Source of the DNA: Candidatus Latescibacterota bacterium
GTDB lineage: Bacteria > Latescibacterota > UBA2968 > UBA8231
Direction: 5' to 3'
Assembly (NCBI GenBank): GCA_965223905.1
Contig: CBDCXV010000011.1
Location: 288,001-352,000, forward strand
Length of the DNA stretch: 64,000 nt
Position 1 is the stretch's first letter, and every line of letters begins with the position of its first letter. The notes under the pieces are model-generated. The model was given only the letters and a program-made list of their open reading frames with translations, was not told the origin of the DNA and ran no database searches. Made by a program: the position numbers and the translations under genes. This document shows, one piece after another, positions 55,156 through 63,590 of the stretch.

Positions 55156-56376
55156 ATGAGACACCTAAGGCGATTTATTTCCCTCGTGAGCATAATGATC
55201 TTGATGACTTTGGGTCGGCCTTCCTCTCTTTTCGGGCAGAGTGTAAAAGACACGCCGTTGGGTGACCAGATCTCGCCCCTCCTTAGAAGCGAAGCTTCAG
55301 CATCAGTAGCTTCCAGTGACGACGACGACGACGAAGGCGACGAAGGCGACGAGGACGACGAGGACGACGAGGACGATGATGATGATGACGACGAGGACGA
55401 GGACGAGGGCGATGAGGGCGATGAGAACGACGGCGACGAGGGCGATGAGAACGACGAGGGCGATGAGGGCGACGAAAACGACGAGGGCGATGAGGGCGAT
55501 GAGGACGACGGCGACGAGGGCGACGAGAACGACGAGGGCGATGAGGGTGACGAGGACGACGGCGACGAGGGCGATGAGGGCGACGAAAACGACGAGGGCG
55601 ATGAGGGCGATGAGGACGACGGCGACGAGGGCGACGAGGGGGATGAGGGCGACGAGAACGACGAAGGGGATGAGGGCGACGAGGGGGATGAAGGCGACGA
55701 GGACGACGGCGACGAGGGGGATGAGGGCGATGAGGACGACGAGGGGGATGAGGGCGATGAGGACGATGAGGGCGATGAGGACGACGAGAACGACGGCGAC
55801 GAGGGCGACGAGGGCGATGAGGACGACGAGGGCGATGAGGACAACAACGGAAGCGGAGGGTCGTCAGAAGCAACCAGGACATTCGCGCCGCTTAGGGGGG
55901 ATTTCGATGACGATGGAAAAGTCAGTTTTTCCGACTTCTTCCTCCTTGCCGATGCTATGGGCAGCAGCGACCCAACCTTTGATCTCGATGGCAGCGGCCT
56001 AGTTGATTTCTCGGACTTCTTTCTGTTTGCCGACTCTTTCCCACCGTCGGCGCGGGCCAAGTTGCTGGATCTTGCGCGGGATTTGATCGAGCTGCCCGTT
56101 GGCGCCCAGTTGCACCAGAACGCACCCAATCCCTTCAACAGCGAGACGGTTCTTTCCTTCATCCTCCGGGAACCGGGCCCGGCGCGCCTGGAGATCCTCA
56201 CGGTAACCGGGCAACGGGTGAAGGTCTTGAGCCATGGTGATCAGGAGGCGGGTTACCACCGGATCTCCTGGGACGGCTTGGATGACGCAGGCCAACCGTT
56301 GGCAAGCGGCGTCTACCTGTACAGACTGGCGACGACCGAAGGCGTATTGACCCGCAAGCTGGTTCTGCTGCGCTGA
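55156..56376 (+). CDS. Secreted Asp/Glu-rich repeat protein with dockerin-like EF-hand pair and FlgD-Ig-like C-terminal domain
   Basis: GAGGAG RBS, signal peptide, D/E/G/N tract, GDFDDDGKVSFSDFF...DLDGSGLVDFSDFF, and QNAPNPFN...WDG...SGVYLYRL...RKLVLLR. Confidence 0.88.
   Translation: MRHLRRFISLVSIMILMTLGRPSSLFGQSVKDTPLGDQISPLLRSEASASVASSDDDDDEGDEGDEDDEDDEDDDDDDDEDEDEGDEGDENDGDEGDENDEGDEGDENDEGDEGDEDDGDEGDENDEGDEGDEDDGDEGDEGDENDEGDEGDEDDGDEGDEGDEGDENDEGDEGDEGDEGDEDDGDEGDEGDEDDEGDEGDEDDEGDEDDENDGDEGDEGDEDDEGDEDNNGSGGSSEATRTFAPLRGDFDDDGKVSFSDFFLLADAMGSSDPTFDLDGSGLVDFSDFFLFADSFPPSARAKLLDLARDLIELPVGAQLHQNAPNPFNSETVLSFILREPGPARLEILTVTGQRVKVLSHGDQEAGYHRISWDGLDDAGQPLASGVYLYRLATTEGVLTRKLVLLR
55318..55842 (+). 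repeat. Coding low-complexity repeat (GAY GAG GGC-type 9-mers) encoding DEG/DEN/DED/DG units
   Basis: 525 bp, 175 codons encoding only D, E, G and N. Confidence 0.95.
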
Positions 56377-56392
56377 CCGGGCCGATCCCCGA

Positions 56393-57805
56393 ATGGCTTC
56401 GACCCCAAGAAGCCGCACGGAAATCGCCAGGGAGGTATTGACACGACAGGTCGATCCCGCCCCTGTCGTGTTCTTCAGAGTCCTCTTCGGCACGCTCATG
56501 GCCGTGGAGGTCATTCGATACTGGGTCCACGGCCGCATAGCGCGTTACTACATCGAGCCGACGTTCCTCTTTTCTTTCGTGGAATGGATCGAACCCGTCG
56601 GCGCAGGGATGTATCCGGTTTTCCTCCTCATGGGAGCTGCCGCGCTTTTCCTGGCGATAGGATTCCACTACCGGGCGGCGTCGATCCTGTACTTCGTTCT
56701 CTACACCTATGCGTTCCTTCTCGACAAGGCGCAGTACAACAATCACTACTACCTGATCTGTCTGCTGGCCTTTCTTTTCGCGGTGACGAATGCGGACCGG
56801 GGATTTTCAATCGACGCCGTGCGGCGCAGGCTTCCCTCCCAGGTTCCCGCCTGGCAGGTTTACCTGTTTCGCCTGCAAGTCTGCATCGTTTTTTTTCTAT
56901 GCCGGGGTGGCAAAGATCAACTCCGACTGGCTGTCGGGTGAACCGGTCAGAACGTGGCTGGCCGCAAGGTCGGACTATTTCCTGATTGGACCTCTCCTGT
57001 TGAAGGAGTGGTTCGTTTTTTTGTACGCCTACGCCGGGCTGTTGTTCGATCTGGGGATAGGGTTTGCGCTGCTATGGTCCCGGACCCGGGGGGCCGGCTT
57101 CGTGCTGCTCCTCGGGTTCAATGTCCTCAACAAGTGGTTCTACGACATCGGGATCTTCCCGTATCTGGCGATGGCGACGTTCGTCCTCTTCATGGACGGT
57201 ACCAGTATCAGGGGCCTGTTCAGTCGCTGGGTTCGCACGCGAGCCGTTGGCGGTGCTGTGGTGCGCGATCTGCTGGGGGAGCGGGTGGAAACGGGAGCAA
57301 ATCCCCGCAAACCAAAACCCTGGACGGAACTGCTCTCCAGGTTGGGCCCGGTCGGAATCGGAGCCAAGGCGGTTCTGATTTCCGGGTTCGTTTTCGTGCA
57401 GCTCCTTGCCCCGCTTCGCCATTTCGCCATTCCAGGCCATGTGGCCTGGACCGAAGAGGGCCATTTGTTTTCGTGGAGGATGAAGCTGCGGGACAAGCGC
57501 TCAGATGAGATTGTCTTCTATACCAGAGACCCGCAGAGTGGAGGAGTTATCGATTTACCGACGGATAAGCTGACCAAAGGCAGAAAAGAAAGATGTCCAC
57601 GCGGCCCCATATGATTGTTCAATACGCCAGACACCTTTCCGAGGGTCTCGGGAAAAGTGGCTTCGAGAACGCGCCCGTGTACGTCAGAACCTCGGTGTCC
57701 CTGAACAGCCGCGATCCCAAACCGCTGATCGACGAGAGAGCCGACCTTGCAAACGTGCAATTCCGGTCCTTTGTGCATAACGGCTGGATAACCACCCTCG
57801 AATAG
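56393..57805 (+). CDS. HTTM-domain protein, homolog of vitamin-K-dependent gamma-glutamyl carboxylase (two single-base frameshifts)
   Basis: DPAPVVFFRVLFG, LDKAQYNNHYYL, YAGVAKINSDWL, IGIFPY, WTEEGHLFSWRMKL, RPHMIVQYA and VSLNSR..PLID. Frameshifts at the T8 run 56889-56896 and the AAA at about 57576. Confidence 0.88.
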
Positions 57806-57945
57806 TTGCCGCGGCGAGGGGTTCAGTCCGAATCGGATTACCTGTGGGATACTGGACCTGCACGTCGAGGCGCGGCTTGAGGCTTACGGGACACCCCTTG
57901 GAAACCGGCTCCTGCCATCTTTGGTAACGCCCGGCCTTTTCGGTC

Positions 57946-58422
57946 TCAAATCGAAGCCTTCGGGGACACGCGGATGCCGGAGGCCACCATTTCGAATTTT
58001 AGGACCTCCGCAAGCCCGGGCGGCTGCGCGGAGGATTCCGCCTGATAGTGCTCCTCCGCGCCCTGGTCAGCCACCTGCAACAAGCCATGGACAGTGGCCA
58101 AACGCCCGCTGATCTCTTGCGGCACTGTATAGGCGTAACTCCCATCCTCATGGCGCGCTACGTGCACGCGCAATCCCGCTGCGGTATCCAAGGCGCGCAA
58201 CACGAGCCAGCAGCCGGCTTTTTGGCATACCTCATGGACGGTACCCGTAACGGTAACCGGCTGGTCCAGATACCTTTCGGGCTCAGCCAGGACAGCCTCT
58301 ACGGGCAAGGCTTCCTGCGGCATGTCGGCTGCGCCGAAGAGATCATCCTCCGATGTGTCCAGCCGTGCGCAAGCCGCGCAAACCAACAGGAGCACGAGGC
58401 TCGCCCAACGCATGGTTTGCAT
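57946..58422 (-). CDS. DUF4920-like OB-fold lipoprotein
   Basis: Lipobox-like VCAAC and V.G.V.EVCQKAGCW motif. Confidence 0.7.
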   Translation of the reverse strand: MQTMRWASLVLLLVCAACARLDTSEDDLFGAADMPQEALPVEAVLAEPERYLDQPVTVTGTVHEVCQKAGCWLVLRALDTAAGLRVHVARHEDGSYAYTVPQEISGRLATVHGLLQVADQGAEEHYQAESSAQPPGLAEVLKFEMVASGIRVSPKASI

Positions 58423-58545
58423 TGTGGCAGCGTGTTTCATATCAAAGCTGTCAAACATCCAAGGAACAAGTGGCGTCGAATGGCGTCGAAATTTGCGATC
58501 CACTATCTGGTCAAAGCGTACAGGAGATCCAACGCCAAGTTCTCA

Positions 58546-58833
58546 GTGATTCCTATACACCTGCGGAGGTTCGTGATTTCTTGGCATTCTGAAAAGGAAA
58601 ACTTTCCCTCTTGCCCCCTGCCAATCGACGCTCAGACCAATCAGCATCCCAAGCGGTCCCGGGGCCGCCCTGTCGAGTATCCGATGCCCGAGGCCATAGA
58701 CGACACCCCGGAGAACGTCGCCAAGGCCATTATGCGGAAACCGCCGAAGAAGGAATGGCGGTATCTGAAGGAATCAGGGCGCAAGCGGTAGCCCACGGCA
58801 GCCTCGCGGTGGGAAAGTTTGTATATGGTTCCC
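58546..58833 (+). mobile_element. Possible IS1595-derived remnant carrying a small basic ORF end
   Basis: Weak IRs GTGATTCCTATACA / TGTATATGGTTCCC; ORF end RGRPVEYPMPEAIDDTPENVAKAIMRKPPKKEWRYLK; no target duplication seen. Confidence 0.35.
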
Positions 58834-59219
58834 TTCGAAATTCGGCGTCAAATCAGGCGCCCATCGGACCGAGCTGCCTGTCTACATACAGCGGTCTCCA
58901 GCGTCCGACCTCAGCGCCCTCTTTGGACCGGCCCCTCGGGGAATCCCCCTGGGGCCGGTCCCGCACGTGTTGGCGTCGTGCAGGTTGAGCAAGTTCTCGG
59001 CGAGCACCTGTCGCTCGTCCGAGTGCTTGAAGGAGTGGAGCAGGTGGAAAAGGGCTTCCCAGTTCGAACAGAGTAGACAGAACATCGAAATTAGCAAAAC
59101 AGCCCGCACTCCCGCGCTGCCACCTATCCTATGACGAACGGATAAGGGCCCTGAGAGGGGCCCCCCCGCCCCCTTTCGCCCATGCAACCCATCCGGCACG
59201 GCACCTGGTGATTGAGTCA

Positions 59220-59633
59220 TCAGGCACGGTGGCGGTTCTTTTGTCCCCCTTCCCCAGCGGGCCGTCGTTCGTCCTGCCGTTTCCCCCTCTCCCTGGATAG
59301 CCTCCAGCGCGGTATTCCACGCAAAGACGCCATGATCTGCTGCTGCAGACGCTGGTGGTGCGGTTTGCCCACGGCCAGCTCTGCCAGCCTGATCCAGGGA
59401 GCGCGCTCCAGCACGTGGCTTTCGGCCCTCTCCAGATGTGTTCTCACCGCCTCCTCGGTTAAGTCGAGAAAGCGCGCGATCTCCTTGCACGAACTCCCCT
59501 CGATATGGAAGAGCACCAAGATCAGGCGGCTTTGCCGGGGAATCTCGTCCAGGAGTTTCCAGAGTTTCCCCGGAACCTCGACCCATTTCTCGGGATACTG
59601 ATCCTCCGACCTCAGCGCCCTCTTTGATAACAT
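59220..59633 (-). CDS. Sigma-70 region 4 (ECF-type) HTH protein or fragment
   Basis: LDEIPRQSRLILVLFHIEGSSCKEIARFLDLTEEAVRTHLERA; no region 2 present. Confidence 0.6.
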   Translation of the reverse strand: MLSKRALRSEDQYPEKWVEVPGKLWKLLDEIPRQSRLILVLFHIEGSSCKEIARFLDLTEEAVRTHLERAESHVLERAPWIRLAELAVGKPHHQRLQQQIMASLRGIPRWRLSRERGKRQDERRPAGEGGQKNRHRA

Positions 59634-59721
59634 TGGCTCGTCCCTTGCAAGGCTGTTCTTTTTTCGGTTTCACCTTTCTGACGGAAATGGAAAGCGAAGT
59701 ACTAGGTGATTGTGGAGAACG

Positions 59722-60052
59722 ATGAAAACCTCCCTGTCGGCATTATGGGTTTCCAACGTGGCCCTGATCTTTTGGGTTCTCGCCTCTCCGCTGTTCTCCG
59801 AGATCTGGATGGGCCTGGAAGTCGAGCCCGAAAACCGGTGTTCCCCCTACAACCGTGATCGGGACTACCGTTATTCTCAATCTCTGGAGCCGGCCATAGC
59901 CGCCCGAATGGGAGGCATCCGATGCCGGTACACCGGCAAGACCTACCGAAGCCTCCGGCAGACCGACATCGAGCACGTGGTCGCTGTGAGCGAGGCGCAT
60001 GACTCCGGTCTGTGCGCAGCGGATGCGGCCACCAAACGCAGATTCGCCAGCC
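59722..60052 (+). pseudogene. Truncated paralog of the DUF1524 nuclease at 51971
   Basis: [15 protein letters not shown]...[29 protein letters not shown], after which similarity stops. Confidence 0.85.
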
Positions 60053-60172
60053 GTCGAGCTCAGCCCGCTGAATCTTGTCGGTTCCCCAATCGGTCCAGTA
60101 GATCTTGCCGCCCGCGACATCGATGGCCAGGCCGTAGGGCTCGTTGAGCCCGGAAGTGACCAGGTCTTCCAC
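60050..60172 (-). pseudogene. Single LDL-receptor YWTD repeat fragment
   Basis: [41 protein letters not shown]. Confidence 0.8.
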
Positions 60173-60250
60173 AAAAGTATATACGTAACATGTTGTTAAT
60201 TAGTCATCTATGAAAATAAATAAGGAGGGATTATTTCTGCCGTTATCACA
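60169..60250 (+). repeat. att-like composite arm, copy 3
   Basis: CCACAA-N11-TAACATGTTGTTAATTAGTCATCTAT-N15-GGGATTAT-N7-GTTATCACA. Confidence 0.65.
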
Positions 60251-60889
60251 CGGGAGTTTTTCTTCTGTGCGACCCAGATGCGGGGATTTTACTGTTGAAT
60301 TGCGCTACGGCTCGTGCGGTTTTTGAGGGTTTCACCGCCTCCCAGTATGCAGATTACCAATCCTGCTGACCGACGGACTCCGGATTCACGAACAGTTTGA
60401 CGAGACTAAGGTTCTACGTCTTGGTCGGCCCTTACTTCTGGCTTCAACGGACCTGCGCCTACTGGATACTGGATGGCGGTCGATGAAGACGACGGCCTTT
60501 GTGGCAACTTCCCGCTATTGGATGTCGGCGCCACCTGGGGCACGGGCATCCGGGTCAAGATTCCCCGAGGCATAGCCTGACTGCATGGGGGCTGTTCATA
60601 CAACCACGCCAACGTGGTCATTGCGGACGTAAATCGTCCTCCAGGGGAAGTCCGTCGACCCGACGAGGACGGCATTTATCCGCTGAATGACCGCCGGATT
60701 TTCCTGGGTTGGGGCCTCCCTGACAGTCAAGCGATTCCGGCCCTCCGCCGGAATGTGGCCCCGTTCTGGTTTCACACCATCGGAGGCGACTGCGGTTATT
60801 TGAAGAAATTGGGCACTGCCTTCAGGCGGTTCAGTATGTGATTAAATACCGATCAAATCCCCGCCCGAGCAGCACATCGTTGATTGGTG

Positions 60890-61651
60890 TCAGGCCGTAG
60901 CAGCCCTATTGAGACCGACCAGAACTTCCTGATCGAGCCCGTGGCGGGTTATCTCAAGAGCCTTGCAGCCTTCCAGCTCCCTCACTGGAGGTGGTGCAAT
61001 CTCGAACGGGAAGAGATGAGGGCCTCGCAGCGCGCCAGACGGTGAGAGGGGTTTTTCGCCCTTGGCAGCGAGAACGGCCTTTACGGCCCAGATGATGAGG
61101 GGCATGTCATTGATAACCCGTTTGGAAGGTCCGCGATAAATCCCTTTGTCGACGGTCTCGACGAGTACTTCCCAGTCAACTAACGCCCGTACGATGCGCC
61201 TTGCAGCTCTCGATACGGTTTCGCGTTCACCCAGCTGTTCACGGACCCTGCGCTGCACTTGAGCCGCCGCAGCCGTCCCCTGCAAGTGAAGAAGTCGCCC
61301 GGTTGCTTCCGCAACGGTGCCGAAGAACGGGTAGACCGCCATGCACATACACCAATGCACTAACATTCGGTCACCCGCGGGTGGGCGTTGAAGGAGTTCG
61401 AGTCCTTCATCCCGGAGCCCTTGAAATTCGCTTGGAACCGTCACCCAAACCTTCGTCAGAATCGTGATGGCCTTTTCGCGGTTCCCTCGTTCCGAGTCGC
61501 TCCCCACCGACAGTCGGTCCCGCAGCCGTTCCCTCAGAGCAGCAACGATGTCGTCTCTCGAATTTCCAGCCAATGCGAGGTTCCCGGTGTACTCCAACCA
61601 ATCCAGTCGGATGCGCTGGCTGAAACCGATCATCTGTTCCTTGCGTTTCAT
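60890..61651 (-). CDS. BREX type 3 BrxA-like protein
   Basis: IGFSQRIRLDWLE...REKAITIL.KVW...YPFF...GERETVSRAARR; ATGA overlap with the pglZ end. Confidence 0.7.
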   Translation of the reverse strand: MKRKEQMIGFSQRIRLDWLEYTGNLALAGNSRDDIVAALRERLRDRLSVGSDSERGNREKAITILTKVWVTVPSEFQGLRDEGLELLQRPPAGDRMLVHWCMCMAVYPFFGTVAEATGRLLHLQGTAAAAQVQRRVREQLGERETVSRAARRIVRALVDWEVLVETVDKGIYRGPSKRVINDMPLIIWAVKAVLAAKGEKPLSPSGALRGPHLFPFEIAPPPVRELEGCKALEITRHGLDQEVLVGLNRAATA

Positions 61652-62920
61652 TTGGCCAGCCGTTCGATCTGAACCATTGGGACGACGACTTCCTCGATGG
61701 AAATGCCGCCATGCCCTACTGTGCGTTCGCCTTCGCGAACGAAAGCTGATCGACCCGGTGCCAGCAGTGCCCAATAGTCCTCAGGAAGCCCAAGCGCAGG
61801 CCACTCGAGCGCGTGTGAGAATCGTTCCTTTACGCGAGATCGCAAGAGCTGGTCCGGGTAGACCCGTGCGCGTTTTCCTTGAAGATCGGCGACCGCACCC
61901 TCCGATGGCCGACCACGGCCTTCCGCCTCGATGTTTCCGTGGTCTGAGGTAAGGGCCACATCGAAGCCGTGATCAAATAGAACATCGAATAAACCTGCCA
62001 TGAATTGTTGATTCGCCCATTGATTAACTTGGTTGTGCATTCCCGCTGTGCCGAGCTCCCCCTCGGCGTCAATTGCCCGGCGCTTCTCGTTCCGGATGAC
62101 AAAGGGCTGGACCCGCTCGCGGGTGACAGACCCGACATCGGGAAAGGCGTCTTCGTCAAGGAAAGAAACCAGCCTGTGAAAGGCTTCGGTCTTGCCTTGG
62201 TGCGGCGTTGCCGAAAGCAGCAGCAGGTATGGCGCCGCCCCGGCGAGACCCTTGCCCAACTTGTACCTGGCGACCTGATCCGTACTGCCGGCGAGGCGGT
62301 GCGCCTCATCCACGATCACCAAGTCCCAGCCGGCGGCGATCAGGTCCTCGAACCGTTCCCGATTGTATTCGTCCAACCTCTGCCGTGACCAACCGCGACG
62401 GCCTTCCAAGGGCTTCACAGAGTCAAGCGGCGTCACTACTTGATCATAGACGCGCCAGATGTTGTCTTCCCTGGCGATCCGGCGATAGGCGGAAAAATCG
62501 CTCGGGACGAGCAGCCGAAACTCCTCGCCGAAGTGGGTCTGCATCTCTGCCACCCACTGCGTCACAAGTCCTTTCGGCGCGATTACCAGGGTGCGCCGCA
62601 CGAGACCGCGGAGCTTCAGCTCGCGCATGACGAGGCCCGCTTCGATGGTCTTGCCGAGCCCCACCTCGTCGGCCAACAGGTAGCGGACGCGGTCGTGCTC
62701 GATCGCATGACCGAGCGCCCTGATCTGATGGGGTAACGGGATGACGGATGCCTCGATCGGCGCCAGAAGCATGTCTTGGGACAAAGCGTCCGCCACCCTG
62801 CCCGCGGCAGCCACGTAGGAAACGGCCTCAGGCCCTTGGACGAGGGATTCGTCGGGCCGCTTCAGTTGCTCAGCGCGGACCCGGACGACGGCATCCTGGG
62901 CGGGAAGCCATACGCGACAC
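61648..62920 (-). pseudogene. In-frame chimera of a BrxHII-like SNF2 helicase N-half and a PglZ C-terminus
   Basis: PLPHQ, LLADEVGLGKTIEAG, DEAH and LSATPHQG; after about 62058, ELGTAGMHNQV, LTSDHGN and HGGISIEEVVVP. Confidence 0.8.
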
Positions 62921-63200
62921 GATGATCGGCTGGCCCCGGAACAGAAATACGAGTTCGACCTGCGGGATACATCGTCCTGAAGGGCCACTACGACGAGGAG
63001 GCAGTGGCGGAGTTCCACGCCGGCATGGGCGTGAGCTTCAGGCGATCCCCATAGACTACGCGACCTACACCCGGCTCGGGGTCGCCACTATTTCCTGGCT
63101 CCGCCGATGTCCGACCCCTGAGCACCCGTTCTGGAAGGGGGAGCATCGGCCCGACCAGAGCCCCAACCCGGAGACCGGCGGCATCGGTCGGGTCGACCCC
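62921..63200 (+). pseudogene. N-terminal fragment of a phytanoyl-CoA dioxygenase-like gene
   Basis: Read across frameshifts: WPPEQKYEFDLR(G)YIVLKGHYDEEAVAEFHAG... Confidence 0.4.
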
Positions 63201-63288
63201 GCCCTGTGCGGAACCGCCCGGTTCGACCTAAAATGGAAACTTGATTCTCTCGTAAAAACCCTACGTCGCTCAGAATGCCCGGTTTGTC

Positions 63289-63336
63289 ATACAACATATA
63301 GTGCATGCGTTGTCTTCGTTGGCCAATATATAGTGG
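63289..63336. promoter_or_regulatory. Tandem NrdR-box-like operators
   Basis: ATACAACATATAGTGC and GGCCAATATATAGTGG, 32 bp apart, matching acaCwAtATaTwGtgt. Confidence 0.55.
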
Positions 63337-63590
63337 CGCTCTAATGTGCTGAATCGCTGAACATCCTCAAAATGGGGTTTATACGAAGGAGTCAAACTTG
63401 ATGAAGCGGAAAAAACGGGGCCCGGCTCGGAAATCTTCCTGAAATCAATGGGCGCTCCGAAGAACTGACGCGGTCCCTGTTGCCCGGGCGGAGGCCCCGT
63501 ACCTCCTTCGCCGGATACACAACCAACCCAACCCGAGGGAAGGGAACAGAATTGCTTCACCACCTCATGGCAAGCCCGGAATTACCGGAA

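Noticed and set aside
55318-55842. Possible CRISPR array
   Set aside because: The repeats are in-frame 6-9 bp coding units with no unique spacers, and no cas genes are present.
55107-56201. Ser/Pro-, Arg/Pro- and Thr/Arg-rich ORFs over the repeat
   Set aside because: These are shadow frames; only the 55156 frame has an RBS, a signal peptide and recognisable domains.
60400-60841. Possible gene on the plus strand after arm copy 3
   Set aside because: It is interrupted by stops and has no recognisable motif; left unassigned.
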